From Azolla caroliniana (taxonomy: Eukaryota > Plantae > Polypodiophyta): a DNA stretch of 64,000 nucleotides. The stretch lies in the NCBI GenBank assembly GCA_043228905.1, contig JBHGNT010000008.1:1674001-1738000 (forward strand), written 5' to 3'. The notes beneath the pieces were generated by a model. The model was not told where the DNA came from, searched no databases, and saw only the letters and a list, made by a program, of their open reading frames with translations. Numbering within the stretch: position 1 is the stretch's first letter; the number at the start of each line of letters is the position of its first letter. Shown in pieces: positions 14,001 through 26,505 of this stretch. Both the position numbers and the translations under genes were made by a program.

Positions 14001-16703
14001 GTCCACACTCTCTGTGGCGTGTCTCCGTCCAAGGGTACTGAGGGTGATCTATTTATCACATATGTCGCCGTCGACAATTCCTCAGCCCAAAACTTCTTGG
14101 GTAGTTTTGCATGCGCTAGCATACTCCGGACCCTCTCCATTATGGCTGGTTCATCCTCTCGACCAGTCCGTTTAGTTCCGGCGTCTTTGGCACGGTAAAT
14201 TTGAGCCGGATTCCCTTCGAGCGGTAGTACTCCTCGAATTGCCCCCGGTATTCTCCTCCGTTATCTGCTCGAACCGCCTTCAGCTTCCGGCCAGTTTCTC
14301 TTTCCACTCTCGCGTGGAGCTCTTTGAAGACGGATAGCACCTGATCCTTCGTCCTCAACGGTGTGGCCCACAGCTTGTGGCTCTGGTCATCTATGAACGT
14401 CATGAAGTACTGCGCTCCGACATGTGACTTCGTGTGTACCTGACACACATCCGCATGCACCAACTCCAGTGGTGCATTACGTCTCATCGGTGGCCTTGGT
14501 CGGAAGGAGGTTCGGTTTTTCTTACCGGCCAGACAATCAGTGCACTTCTCCAAGTGCACGTTCTTCACTGGAAGAGGTTGTCGTCTGCAAGCCTCTTCAT
14601 CCCCTTCTCGCTCATATGACACAGCCTCTTGTGCCACAGCTCACCGGCAGTGTCGTCTTGCTGAACTTCATGACACCGTTCCGGATGCTACCCGTGTAGC
14701 CCTGATCATCTAGCCGACCGGCAGATATCAGGTTCAGTCGAACTTCCGGAACGTGTCGGACATCCCTCAGCAGCAACTTGCATCCGGTTGGTGTCGACAG
14801 CTACACGTCTCCTATGCCGACAATTCGGCATGTACCTTCATTCCCTATCTGGACACAGCCGTGATCACCGGCTAAGTAGGATGAGAAGCATTTCCGGTCC
14901 GGGGTAAGGTGGAACGACGCTCCGGAGTCTACCACCCAGGTCATCTCGTCGCCGGCAAGGTTTATCTCACTCTCCTCGGTGATGAGCATCAACTCCTCTT
15001 CACTTGCCGCGATTGCCGTCGTTCCCTTCCGGTCCGGTCCCCTACGGTCTTTACCGTTCCGGTCCGGTGTCCTCTTCGAATCGGTGCCGTCGGTTTCCTT
15101 GTCTTTACGGAAGTGCCGACAGTTCTTCTGGAAGTGTCCCGGCTTGCCGCAATAGAAGCAAGTAGGCCTCCCCCTTGACTTTGACCGTGTCCCCGACTTC
15201 TCCCGGTTCTGGGGACTACGGTTTCTATGTCTTCCGCGTTCCGATTCGGTAAGGAGCGCTTTGGATTCGGAGCTCGTATCTCTGTCTTTCCGACGCGCCT
15301 CCTCATCTAGCAAGCTCGACTTTACTCTTGCTAGGGATAACCGTTTTGTTTCCGGCCAGGGCGTTGCCCAAAGTGACAACCAACGTCTCCCAGCTATCCA
15401 GGAGGGAACTGAGTAGGAGTAGCGCTAGTACCTCATCGGCGAGAGGTACTTCCAATGAAGTTGCCTGGTGGATCAGCCCCTGGAAGGCATTCATGTGCTC
15501 CGCCATGCTAGAGCCATCTTGGTACCGGAGTCTTACTAGCTTCAGGAATACCGAAACCTGATTAACAGCATTTTTGTTCTGAAACATTATGCCGATCTTC
15601 TCCCAGAGCTCATGAGCCTTGCTCTCTTCATTGAAGTTGTTGTACAGGCTCATGTCGATGAAGCACCATATGTACGTCGTGGTCTTCATGTGCATCACCT
15701 CCCATATCGCGACGTCGATTTTGTCCGGTCTCTTGTCCCCGAACTGAACCGGCAGACAAAGGTCTTTAACCACGAGCATGTCCCTCATGTTCGACTTCCA
15801 CACTGAATAGTTGGAGCCGGTGAGCTTGAACATGCCGCCAAACGATTCGTCCATTTTCTGTGTTGTTTCGCTCTGATACCACTTGACGGGAACTGCAACG
15901 CTCCTTATGCACAATGCTCGGCCACAACCGAGCTTAGAATCATACACAGAAAACAGGAAACAAAAAAAAACATGCGACACAAAGGAGAGAAGATTACATA
16001 GGATGTTTAACGTGGAAAACCCCAAACTGGGGAAAAACCACGGTAGCCCACAGGCTGCAAACTATCACTAGGTTAGTATGTACAACAGTGAGTTCACGGA
16101 GGCAACGACCTCGTGCTCACGATCTTCGCCACAGGCGGCGGTTACAACAGAGGCAACGACCTCTTTCTCTCTCTCTCTCTCTCTGTACACTGTTACGTCC
16201 TCTCTCTTCTTCTTCTTGCACCAACAAGAAAAATAACAACAACAGTTAATAAAAGTTTGCCCTAAGTCATATTTATACTAATATGACTTTTCGGCTATTT
16301 ACAAATATAGCCTCGATGGACTCTCAGAAACATATTTACGAATATGTCTCTTCATACGGTTCTCACCGGGTCTGCACCATCCGGCTCTCTGTAGCTGGGT
16401 ACTCCTCATCCGGATGTCACCGGGTCTGCACCATGCGGCTCTCCGTAGCCGGGCACTCCTCATCCGGTTCTCACCGGGTCTGCGTCATCCGGCTCTCCGT
16501 AGTTGGGTACTCCTCATCCGGTTCTCACCGGGTCTGCGTCATCGGGCTCTCCATAGCCGGGTACTCCTCATCCGGTTCTCACCGGGTCTGCGTCATCCGG
16601 CTCTCCGTAGCCGGGTACTCCCTATCCGGTTTCGGCCTTGGCCGAGTTTGATCATCGACACTTTTCTTCTCTCTTCCCATCCGGAGGGACCTGTCTCCCA
16701 ACA
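11065..16703 (-). mobile_element. Ty1/copia LTR retrotransposon (element C3), degenerate
   Basis: LTRs 11065-11886 and 15884-16703 (TGACGG...CCAACA). PBS TGGTATCAGAGC 15870-15881 (-); PPT 11887-11897. Gag-pol fragments 11897-15854, with a ~95-bp deletion near 14655 relative to C4. Confidence 0.93.
11536..11815. repeat. 54-bp CCGG-rich tandem repeats in C3/C4 LTRs (also ~16352-16625, 28928-29197, 33832-34155)
   Basis: Unit TCATCCGGTTCTCACCGGGTCTGCACCATCCGGCTCTCCGTAGCCGGGTACTCC, 5-6 copies per LTR. Confidence 0.92.
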
Positions 16704-17100
16704 AACTCCCCCTTCACTCCGGCATGGGGTGTCTTACTAGTTCGATCCTCTTCCGGCATGCATTCAGCTTGTTGGGTATTAGAACTTTTGTCAGCATATC
16801 TGACCCGTTCTCGGCCGTGTGGATCTTCGTCAGTGCGAACTCCTGGTCATCTACTCTTTCCCGGATCCAGTGATATCTTCGCTAGATATGCTTTGTCTGG
16901 GAATGGTAGGCTGCATTCTTAGCAAGATGGATGGCTCTTTGACTGTCACAATAGAGTCGGTATTCATCTTGCCGAATACCGAGCTCTCCGATGAAGTCCT
17001 TCATCCATAATATTTCCTTGCCGGCTTCCACAGCTGCCATGTACTCCGCCTCCGTGGTTGACAATGCAACCGTCTTCTGCAGCCTCGACTGCCACGAAAC
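16704..17100 (-). mobile_element. second copy of the C3 PPT and RNase H beyond its 5' LTR (truncated tandem unit)
   Basis: 16704-17100 repeats 11887-~12283 (PPT, RNase H STTEAEY...KHI) directly against the LTR, then breaks off at about 17100. Confidence 0.9.
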
Positions 17101-17158
17101 TCGATGAAGCACAAGGCAAACTCGATGAAGAAGATCACTTCCAAATCGGGAGGATCTC

Positions 17159-18100
17159 ATGAACCAAGTAGAATGTCGGGCGCTACGGAGGAAAATATTG
17201 TCTACAATATGTCAATTTCTCTTGGAAGAAGTGTTCTGTAGGTACGGGTGCGTAGGACAAGTGATTGCAGATCGGGGAGAACTTAACTCCGATAAAGCTA
17301 GGGAATACTTGGACAAACATGGAGTAGGGTTGAAACTAACCACGAAATACAATCCAGAAGCAAATACGAAGATCGAACGAGGACATAGTAATTGAATCAT
17401 AAAAGCACTTGCAAAAGCATGCGACGGAAGGGTGAAGATTTGGCCACAGATGCTTTCGTATGCACTATGGGCGGATCACTCAACACATAGTTTCATGACT
17501 AGTTGTATACCAACAGAACTTATGATTGGAGAAGCTCCGGTAATGCCTACGGAAACTACAATTGCGACATGGATGGTGCTACCATGGAAGGAAGAGATGA
17601 CTCGGGAAGAACTACTTGCGATCCGAATACGACAACTGGAAGGAAGACCAAAAGACATAGTGGAATCGGTACGCCAACAACAAGAATCATGATTTCGGAG
17701 AAAACGACAATTTGACAAAAGGCGTAGTCGACTACCACGGAAGATTGAAGAAGGAGATTGGGTGATAATGTACAACAGTTTGGATCATCAACCCAAAATG
17801 ATACAGAAATTCACTCGGACGTGGTTCAGACCATACGAGGTTCAAAAAGTATTTGACAACGGAAGTTACCGGCTGAGTGAGCTAGATGGAAAAGTACTTC
17901 GAGTGCCTATATGGGGGAAGCAAGTGAAGCATTTCAAGAAGCAAAGTGATGCCGAACCCTACATAATCTTAGACAACCCCGGCACAGAGGAGCAATCAAA
18001 CAAGGATAATGGCAGTGCGGAATGTGAAGAAAGTGGGCTTGAATTAATAATCAACATTAAAGGGGAAGACACAGACGGTGTTGTAGATGAAGGAGAGTAA
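17159..18100 (+). pseudogene. Ty3/gypsy integrase remnant (element G2)
   Basis: RYGCVGQVIADRGEL, YNPEANTKIERGH, WPQMLSYALWA and a GPY/F-like WFRPYEVQKVFDNGSYRL segment, followed by the PPT-like AGAGGAGGTGAG (~18145-18156). Confidence 0.85.
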
Positions 18101-18156
18101 CAAGCATCAACAATTTCGGCACATATCGGAGGATGTGCAAGTTTAGAGGAGGTGAG

Positions 18157-19149
18157 TGTCGTAGTATACAGAGTAACTGATCAATATGTACACTACGTGC
18201 AATATGTACGGAGCAACTGATCAAATAAATATAAACAAATAGAAGAAAATACTAAAAAGTATTTGTTACATGCATAGGGGAGGATTCAAACCCTATACCT
18301 ATGTGTAAACAGACTCAATCCTTGATATTATACCAACTCATCATAAGTGATATAATTATAGATTTAATATATAAAAAAGCTTATCCTTAAGTATAAATTC
18401 TAGAAAAAGCTACTTATACACATGTAGTGTGCATAAAACTTTAGTTAGAAGAAAACGCATGATAGAAAAAGCTATTCATGCACATCTAGCATGCATGAAC
18501 ACTATAATTAGAGAAAAAGCATGATAGAAAAAGACGATTCATTCACATCTAGTGATATAATTATGAATATAATTATGGATTTAATATTTAGGGAAAGCTT
18601 ATCCTTAAGTATAAATTCTAGAAAAAGCTACTTATACATGTGTAGTGTGCATAAAACTTTAGTTAGAAGAAAACGCATGATAGAAAAAGCTATTTATGCA
18701 CATCTAGCGTGCATGAACACTATAATTAGAGAAAGAGCATGATAGAAAAAGATGATTCATGTACATCTAGTGTGCATGAACACTTTATAGAAAGCATGAT
18801 GCTTGCCATGTGGTAAGTTATACTTCGCCTCTTCCATCACAATATAAGGAGAGGAGAATGATGTATTGTGGTTGTTGATTCTTAGGTTTTAATAGGATTT
18901 TGAAATATTGATCTAATTTACTATACTCGTGTGATTCATGATTTTTCGATCTATCTTTTCTAATATATTCCAATCTACTATAATTAGGGTTTTAAGGATT
19001 GATTGGTCTAGTATAATATACTCATGGAATTCACGAGGATTTCAACATCTCTCTCTCTTTCAATCTTGTATTCTTATCTACCTCAAATTCCTCATCCTCT
19101 TAGTCCAAAACCCCAACGGTTTCCACTCGACTCATGTAAAGATCCGACA
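18157..19149 (+). mobile_element. 3' LTR of gypsy element G2
   Basis: Starts TGTCG right after the PPT and ends CGACA. Its TAGTCCAAAACCCC motif is shared with the related LTRs at 19211 and 44615. Confidence 0.7.
18361..18790. repeat. ~217-bp tandem duplication inside the G2 LTR
   Basis: The block GATTTAATAT...AAAGCTTATCCTTAAGTATAAATTCTAGAAAAAGC starts at 18361 and again at 18578. Confidence 0.85.
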
Positions 19150-19210
19150 CCAAAAGGCACAACAATGGTGTTATCACCAAAGCCTAAAAATGGTTTTAGA
19201 CGACTTACAT

Positions 19211-20063
19211 TGTCGTGATGTGGCGTGCTCGGGAGTGGGAAAAACCGGCGAAAGGGGGGGCGTCAAAATGTGCATGTGCAATGTGTGTGAACACAAAGAC
19301 GATTAATTGTGCACATGCAAAAGAAAATGGAAAAGAAAGGGTAAAAAGGATGTATAGAAGCTCGTGTAAAAAGTAAGAGAGAGGAGAGATAAAAAGTAGA
19401 GGGGAGACAGGCTATTAATTTATAGAGATAGAATTATATATTATATAACAGAGAGTTAATGGGCTAGTGGATAGTCACATTGACTTCTAGCTAGAGGTGC
19501 ACGATTCAAATCCGGTCTTATAATGTAACGTGATTTAAGGAATTTTACTCCTTTTGCATTGAAGACAAAATTGGCGACCCCCCTTCTTTTTTATCCTATA
19601 AAAGGAGGTCGAGGGGGGCTCATTTGGGAGGACATTTTGGGAGGAGGAGACTATCCCCATTTATCCTTCAGAGCTCTTCATCTTCTTCTTCACCACTTCT
19701 CTTCATCTCATACCCCTTCATCCCCTCATCGCCACGTGCTCGTCTTCTTTGTGTTGGCACTCGAAGTGCTCGTGAGCCCAAGCGTCGTTGGTTTGATGTT
19801 GCTTTGCCTCATTCATCATTGCGAGCCCGTGTGCTCGCCGTTCGGGTGGTCGTGATTCGTTGGGGTTGGCATTTTGGTAGTGCTCGTGTGTTCGTCTTTG
19901 CCGTGTTCGAATTTGCTCTTGTCTCTAATGGCATTTAGTATTTATGTTTTTGATTGAGCTTGTGGTTAACTAGAAGTTGCCATTGTAATCAAACCCTATT
20001 TTATAAAGGGTCCTCTTGCGTTGGAATTGAACATGTATTTATTTCTTTAGCCAATATCATTCG

Positions 20064-20095
<32 letters not shown>

Positions 20096-20996
20096 TGTTC
20101 TCGTCCACTTGTACGTTCAGCCGTCTTGTGATGAGGGAGCGTTTCGGGCGTGCCCATTCACGTCTCCTCCTCATAAAGGCGTACGAGCATTTGTGTGTGT
20201 GCTTGTGTCTTCCTTGTACGTTCGGTCGTCTTGTGACGAGGGAGCGTTTTGGGCGTGCCCATGCACCTCTCCTCCTCATAAAGGCGTATGAGCATTTTGT
20301 GCGTGTGTTTGTGTCTTCCTTGTACGTTCGACCTTCTTCTGACGAAGGAGCGTTCGGGCTTGCCCATGCACCTCTCCTCCTCATAAAGGCGTACAAGAAT
20401 TTTGTGTGTGTGTGTGTGTTTGTGTCATCCTTGCATTTTCGGTCGTCTTGTGACGAGGGAGCGTTTCGGGCGTGCCCATGCACCTCTCCTCCTCATAAAG
20501 ACGTACAAGCATTTGTGCATGTGTTTGTGACTTTCTTGTATGTTCGGCTGTCTTGTGACAAAGGAGCATTTGGGCTTGCCCATGCAGCTCTCCTCCTCAT
20601 AATGGCGTACAAGCATTTGTGCGTGTGTTTTGTGTCTCCTCGTACGTTCGACGTCTTGTGATGAGGGAGCATTCGGGTGTGCCCATGCACCTCTCCTCCT
20701 CATAAAGACGTACGAGCATTCATGTTTGTGATATCGTCCCCTTGTGTGTTCATCTTGCATGCCCATCTTTGCTTGTATCCGTTTGATCACTTGGCTCGTG
20801 CGGTGATCTCGAAAAGTCAACGAGTCATGATGAACGAAAGCCACCAGCCTCACAAAAAAAAAGGGCAACGAGCCCTTGCTCGGGAAGGGGTCGGGAAGTA
20901 GTATTGTCGTAAAGCAAACCTCGGATCTTCTCTATCCCTTGAGTGCTCCCTAGTCCAAGACCCCCGTGGTCCCGCCCAAGTAACACATAAGTGCGA
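19211..20996 (+). mobile_element. long gypsy-type LTR (solo or right-truncated) of the TGTCG...CGACA group
   Basis: Starts TGTCGTGA after ACAT; TATA-like CTATAAAAGG ~19597. The 3' end TAGTCCAAGACCCCCGTGGTCCCGCCC is identical to that of the 44615 LTR. It joins G1 integrase at ~20996. Confidence 0.6.
20110..20725. repeat. tandem array of ~6 units of ~106 bp
   Basis: The unit GTACGTTCGGTCGTCTTGTGACGAGGGAGCGTTTCGGGCGTGCCCATGCACCTCTCCTCCTCATAAAGGCGTACGAGCATTTGTG... repeats head to tail with no unique spacers. Confidence 0.9.
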
Positions 20997-22535
20997 AACT
21001 TCGAAGCTCGATCACTAACAATATCCATCAGTAATCCATAAAAAATGAAATAACTCATCAACAAATTGATAAGCCAATTGTTGACTGGTTACCATGGTTT
21101 TGTTAGTGAGGTAACGACAACCCAAATGACATCATGACCCCTCTATGTACGAGGTAAACTAACAATAAAATCCATCGAGATACTTTCCCATTTGTTGTTG
21201 GGAATATCTAAGGGATGCAAAAGACCAACAACTTTAAGTCATTCCGACTTATTAATCTGATATTGTAAGCATTGAGTCACATATTTATGCATGTTAGAGC
21301 GCATCTTAGGCTAGAAAAAAGTACTCAAGATGAGAATGAGTGTGCTTTGCATTCCAAGATGACCAGCAAATGGTGCATCATGACATTCATGAAGAATTTT
21401 CTATTTCACATTTGGTAAATTTGGAACAAAGACCTTTCCACTATGGTAGAGCAAACCATTTGTAATGTGAAAGGTCGCCTTCGAGGGTAGGGTGCTAGTA
21501 ACGAAATCTAAACTAGATTCGGCTTTCGTCTAGTATTTCAAGAAATAATTGTCATCAAGGTATTTCCCTCTAAGTTGATCTAAAAGATAAGATTTTATTT
21601 CCGTGAAGCTAAGCATGTTAACTTCTTGAATGTGACTATGAGCATCCGCAATGCTGTTCATAGAACCTTGGTGATACCGTATGGAAAAATCAAAATCTTG
21701 CATAAGGTCAAGCCAACAGCCGTTACTACCAATAAGATCTGGCTGGTTGCAAAAATACTTCAATGATTGATGATCCGTTGTAACCACAAATTGATTTCCA
21801 TAGAGGTAATGCTTGTATGTTTTTAGTGCATGTATTACCGTGAACAACTCTTTCTCTTGATCCGAATACCAAGATTGAGTAGCATCAAGCTTTTTACTTT
21901 CAAAAGCAATAGTGGTACCGCCTTGATAAAGGACGATACCAATAGCATAATAACTAGCATTGGTTTTGATTGAGAAAGGCTTGGAAGGGTCCGGTAATAG
22001 AAGAGTGGGAGCTTGACACACATGCTCTTTGAGTGTCTCAAATGATGTGTCAAGTTTTTCATTCAAGGAAATTGGTTTGACAGAGTTATGTGGATGACCT
22101 TTTAAAAGGTCAGTTAATGGGGTAGTCAATTTGGAATAGTTACAAATTGATTTACATAAAAATCCAACAAATCCTAAGAATGAGCGAAATTCACGAATAT
22201 TATCGGGAATGTGCCAAAGTTTAATCTTTTCAATATGAGAAGGTTCAATTTCAACGCCATTTTCCGTAATTAACTAACCTAGGTACACAATAGATTTTTG
22301 AAAAAATCACATTTTAAATGTTTTGCATAGAAAGGGTTGTCACGCAACTTTTGCAAAACAAATCAAACATGTTGAACATGATCTTGCAAGGTATGACCAT
22401 ATATGAGAATATCATCCAAGAAGACGACAAGAAAATCACCGAGTTGATCTCGGAAAACGTCATTCATTGCTTGTTGGAATGTGGTTCGAGAATTAGTCAA
22501 CCTGAAAGGCATGACTAAAAAATCACAATGGCCAT
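20997..22535 (-). pseudogene. Ty3/gypsy (chromovirus-like) RT C-terminus, RNase H and integrase N-terminus (element G1, 3' part)
   Basis: HGHCDFLVMPF, FLDDILIY, RNase H (TNASYYAIG, EKELFTVIHAL, TDHQSL) and integrase DIVSDRASKF. Confidence 0.88.
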
Positions 22536-23371
22536 GGACTGTGGTTAAGTGGATACTTCGATACTTGAAAGGCACGTCGAGTATGCCTTCGATTTAGCTC
22601 AGGTAAACCCCAACTTGAAGGATTCATGGATTTAGATATGTCGGCTGATGCAGATACTAGCCGGTTTACATCCGGATATGTCATGAGTTATGCAGGGGGA
22701 GTTGTATCGTGACAGTCAAGGCTATAGAAGTCCATTGCACTGTCGACAATGGAAGCAGAGTACATGGCAATTGTAGAAGATGGCAAAGAGGTAATCTAGA
22801 TGAAGGACTTCATGGGAGAGCTAGGGATCCAACAGGAGGAATTCCGGCTCTATTGCGATAGTCAAAGTGTCATCCACCTCGTGAAGAATGCGGCCTACCA
22901 CTCCCAGATCAAAGACATCTAGAGGAGATATCATTGGCTCTGGGAGAAGGTAGAAGATAAAGAGTTTTTGCTGAAGAAGATCCATACAGAGGAGAATGGG
23001 TCAGACATGCTGACCAAGGTGTTGTTAGTTGACAAGTTGGACGTGTGTCAAAGACGGATCAGATTGACGAGACATCCCATGCTGGAGTGAAGGGGGAGTT
23101 TGTTGGGAAATAGGTCCCTCCGGATTGGATCCACATGAGTCGGATCAGACGAGCCGAAGGAAGGAACCGGGTTGGATGGATCCGGAAGGAGTTTGGCCGG
23201 ATCCGGTATGAACCAACAAATAGGAACATATTAGTAAATATGTTCATACGTGACCGTTGAGGTCATATTTGTAAATAGCCCCAAAGTTATATAAGTATAA
23301 ATATAACTAGGGCAATATTGTTATGGTGTGATTATAATTGTAGTTGCTTTGTTGTATCATTGTACAGAGAC

Positions 23372-23422
<51 letters not shown>

Positions 23423-23811
23423 ATTATCGTCTTTGGAGGTCAAATATGACCTATGAGACCAAAAATATTACATTTCATGTGATACGTGTGAAAGTGAATA
23501 GAGACTCTCAATGTTCAAGAACTTTACCAATGAATGTTGCAATCGAGAGAGCACATTGTGGTTGTGAGAGGAATTCATGCAAGGATTGGGCTTGATTGAA
23601 GAGATGTGGAAAGCATGGTTGAAGATGTGGAGGGTGTAGGGCGTTTGTTTCTTAACCTATAGAAACTTTGTAAGAAAATGTTTTTGGACATTTTCAAACT
23701 CTTTCCACATAGATTTAGGGATGCTACGGCCCCATACTTCCACCCCATAGAGAAGGACCGGTGACACCAAAGTGTCGAAAAGATATTTCTTGAGGACCCA
23801 ACACTTAATAT

Positions 23812-24229
23812 TGTTGAGAGACAAGCTCAACATTGGGTGCGTAAACGGGTGTGTAACCCAGTACATAGACTAGGTGCGTAAAACTATACGCAAAATATGG
23901 TTGTGGTGGTGTTTAAACCGAGAGGCCGTTAGAACGTTATTCCTCGTAAGCAATAGTTTTGGGAGTTAGTGTAGAAGGCTCATTTATGAGCAGTCAAGTA
24001 CAAGTACTTGTGTCAACTCAATAGTCAGGGCTTGTATAAAAGGTGCTCACTGAGCACAAAATATGTACACAGAGAATTATTTTGAATATAGTTTTTGTAT
24101 CTTTCTGCTCTCTCTCTCTTTCTCTCCCTCTCTTTCTCTGTGATTTCTGTGTTTTACCGAACTATTGTACTTCCGAATCGTGTACTCTGTGTTCTTACGC
24201 ATACGCTTCCGCACACGTATTCTTTTACA
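23812..24229 (+). mobile_element. solo LTR of the C2-related copia family
   Basis: TGTTGAG...TTTACA with a perfect TSD AATAT (23807-23811 / 24230-24234). Shares GCTCAAC, TATAAAAG-GTGCTCACT and GCTTCCGC motifs with the C2 LTR. Confidence 0.9.
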
Positions 24230-26299
24230 AATATCTCCAAGATTGCATGTGTTCTCAAATGCATAGTATGCTCGCTTACCCGCCTCTAAGCGGCATGTAA
24301 CACATTCATTCAATCTATGATTTGAAGGAACTTCAAGGCCAAGATATTTGAAGCTTTCCACACATTCAAGTGGCTCATTGTTGTACATAATGCATGGTTT
24401 ATCTCTTTTTTGGCCCTTTACAAGCATAATCTTTGTTTTAGAGCTATTGACACTAAATTTAGTGTTACCCGTAAGAATATACGGGGAGGCATAAGGGTAT
24501 GTGTAATGATGTGTATAATATGAATGAGTGTGTGAGGATGAACACATGCACATTTGTGTGCATGTGTACAAGGGTGAGAAAGTGGGTAAGTAATGTAACT
24601 CCCTACTTGACTCATTCTTTATTTGTAATGGTTACTTCTTGTACTATATAAACCCCACCCATGGGGCATAATGAAAAGATAACTTTTTCCCTCTTATTTT
24701 GGTGTCATTCTTATTTTCACTCTCTCCTTCTCTCTCTCTCTCTCTATCATAATCCCCTTGGCTTCACCCCCCACCCCAACAACACTTTTGGCATGAACGG
24801 TCGACCCCCTTGAGAGGAAGTCTATTCTCACTAATTTGTCTCTCCACCCTCTCTACTGATTGGTCTTTGTGTTAGAGAGTGTGATTTGTGTATAAACTCC
24901 CTATGAGATTGGCCTCCAATGACAATCATATGGCTATTTCTCTTGCGATTATGTCTAATGTATTCAAGGCCTGATGGATATGGCGAGGGGGGGCTGCTTA
25001 TCGTTTGCTAGCATAACTAGTCTCTGTGGTCTTCTCAACCCTTTCAGTCAGCAGAGCCATGGTGTGGCTTCACCCATGATGGGAAGGCGCTAGAGAGCAA
25101 CATTGGGAGATCTATGGCGGTGGTAGTATCAGCGATGGAGAAGGTCATCACCTGTCATCGTCTAGCAATCGGAAACCCATCAGGAAGAATGGGAAGATGT
25201 ATTCTAGCTTGCCCAACTCTCCTCACCTGCATAGGATTGAGGCTGCAGATGTATTCTAACGATCGAAAGGGCCCTACTAGATACCTGCGCATGTCAAGAT
25301 CCCGAAGGAGACAGTTCGAGGGGATGGATATGGCGTGGAATCGAGTGTGAAATGCGGAATCAGAAGGATCATGCAGAAGTGAGAATTAATGCATCTTCAC
25401 CTCCAAAGGTGCTTTTGAGGTACCTTTCTGCTCTGACTGTGAATCAAACTTCTTCTGATGAATATGCACAGCACAAGTCGTTAGATCATTGGTCGGTTAA
25501 ACCTAAACCTAACGAGATCTCTGTTCTCAAGGGACGACTCATGAGCTTGAAAGAAAGCTTCTTCCTACATGAATATAGCTTCCTCCTAAAAGAAAGCTAT
25601 CAGGAGACGAAATTCTACCCACGGGGCAGGATCCCGATGCACGAGCATGAAGACGAGAAGACGGCCGAGGGACCACCGACCTGTCGGATAGAGAAATCGG
25701 ATAGCCACAGAGAGAACCTGACTGACGGTCCGACAACGATGGATGTCGATGGTTGACAAACAGCTATCCGTCCGGATAGAATTCCGACAGATGGTATGGC
25801 CGGACAGACATTACGACAACTGACCAGAGGCGGCCGTATTGACCGGCCGACAACCGATGAATAGACGGCTGACGCGAGAGAGAGACAGAAAGAGGCATGG
25901 AGAGAGACAACTCTGCCCTCCAAGACCTCATGCCATGGTAGCATCAGGTCTTCTCCCCAATGGTCAGCAGACCATGCCATACCCACCATCAGATGCAGAC
26001 AAGGAAAAGAAAGAAGAAATGAAACATGAGACTAAGGAGAAACACAGGAGGCACACATTAGAGAAAGACAGAAGCTATAGAGAGGAGAAGAAGAAAGTGA
26101 CGATGATAGAAGATGCATTAAGAAAGAAGCAACAAACATAAAAGAAGAAAAAGGCAGAACTAATAGAGAAGAGACAAAGAGGAAGAAAGCAGAAGAACAA
26201 TGCAGGTCGAAAGAGGGAAAATAATCAAGAAGTAGCAGAAAGCAAGAGATTTTCTAGAAGAAAGTAGGAGAAAAGAAAGGATGCATTTGGATCAGAGTT

Positions 26300-26388
26300 C
26301 TCATGCCTCGATAAAGAGGCTTCATTCAGAGATTCTGGTGTCTTACCAAGGTGTTGAATCAATCACCGCAACTATGAAGAAGGCAAGA
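26300..26388 (+). pseudogene. captured DUF632-family (DUF630/632) gene fragment
   Basis: [31 protein letters not shown] resembles the DUF632 helix (IKxLHxxIxVxxQxVESIxxxIxKLRDEEL). Recognised from memory only. Confidence 0.55.
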
Positions 26389-26505
26389 GATGAACTCATC
26401 ATGGTTAGCCACATGAGACAGATGAAGAACAATGCCATAGTTTGCAACATTGGTCATTTTGACAATGAGATTGATATGTGCTGCTTCAGGAATTACCATG
26501 GAGTG
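26389..26505 (+). pseudogene. SAHH: captured S-adenosylhomocysteine hydrolase fragment
   Basis: [27 protein letters not shown] matches the highly conserved SAHH motif [19 protein letters not shown]. Confidence 0.9.

Noticed and set aside
20110-20725. CRISPR-like array
   Set aside because: The units are contiguous diverged tandem repeats with no unique spacers, there are no cas genes, and the context is eukaryotic TE DNA.
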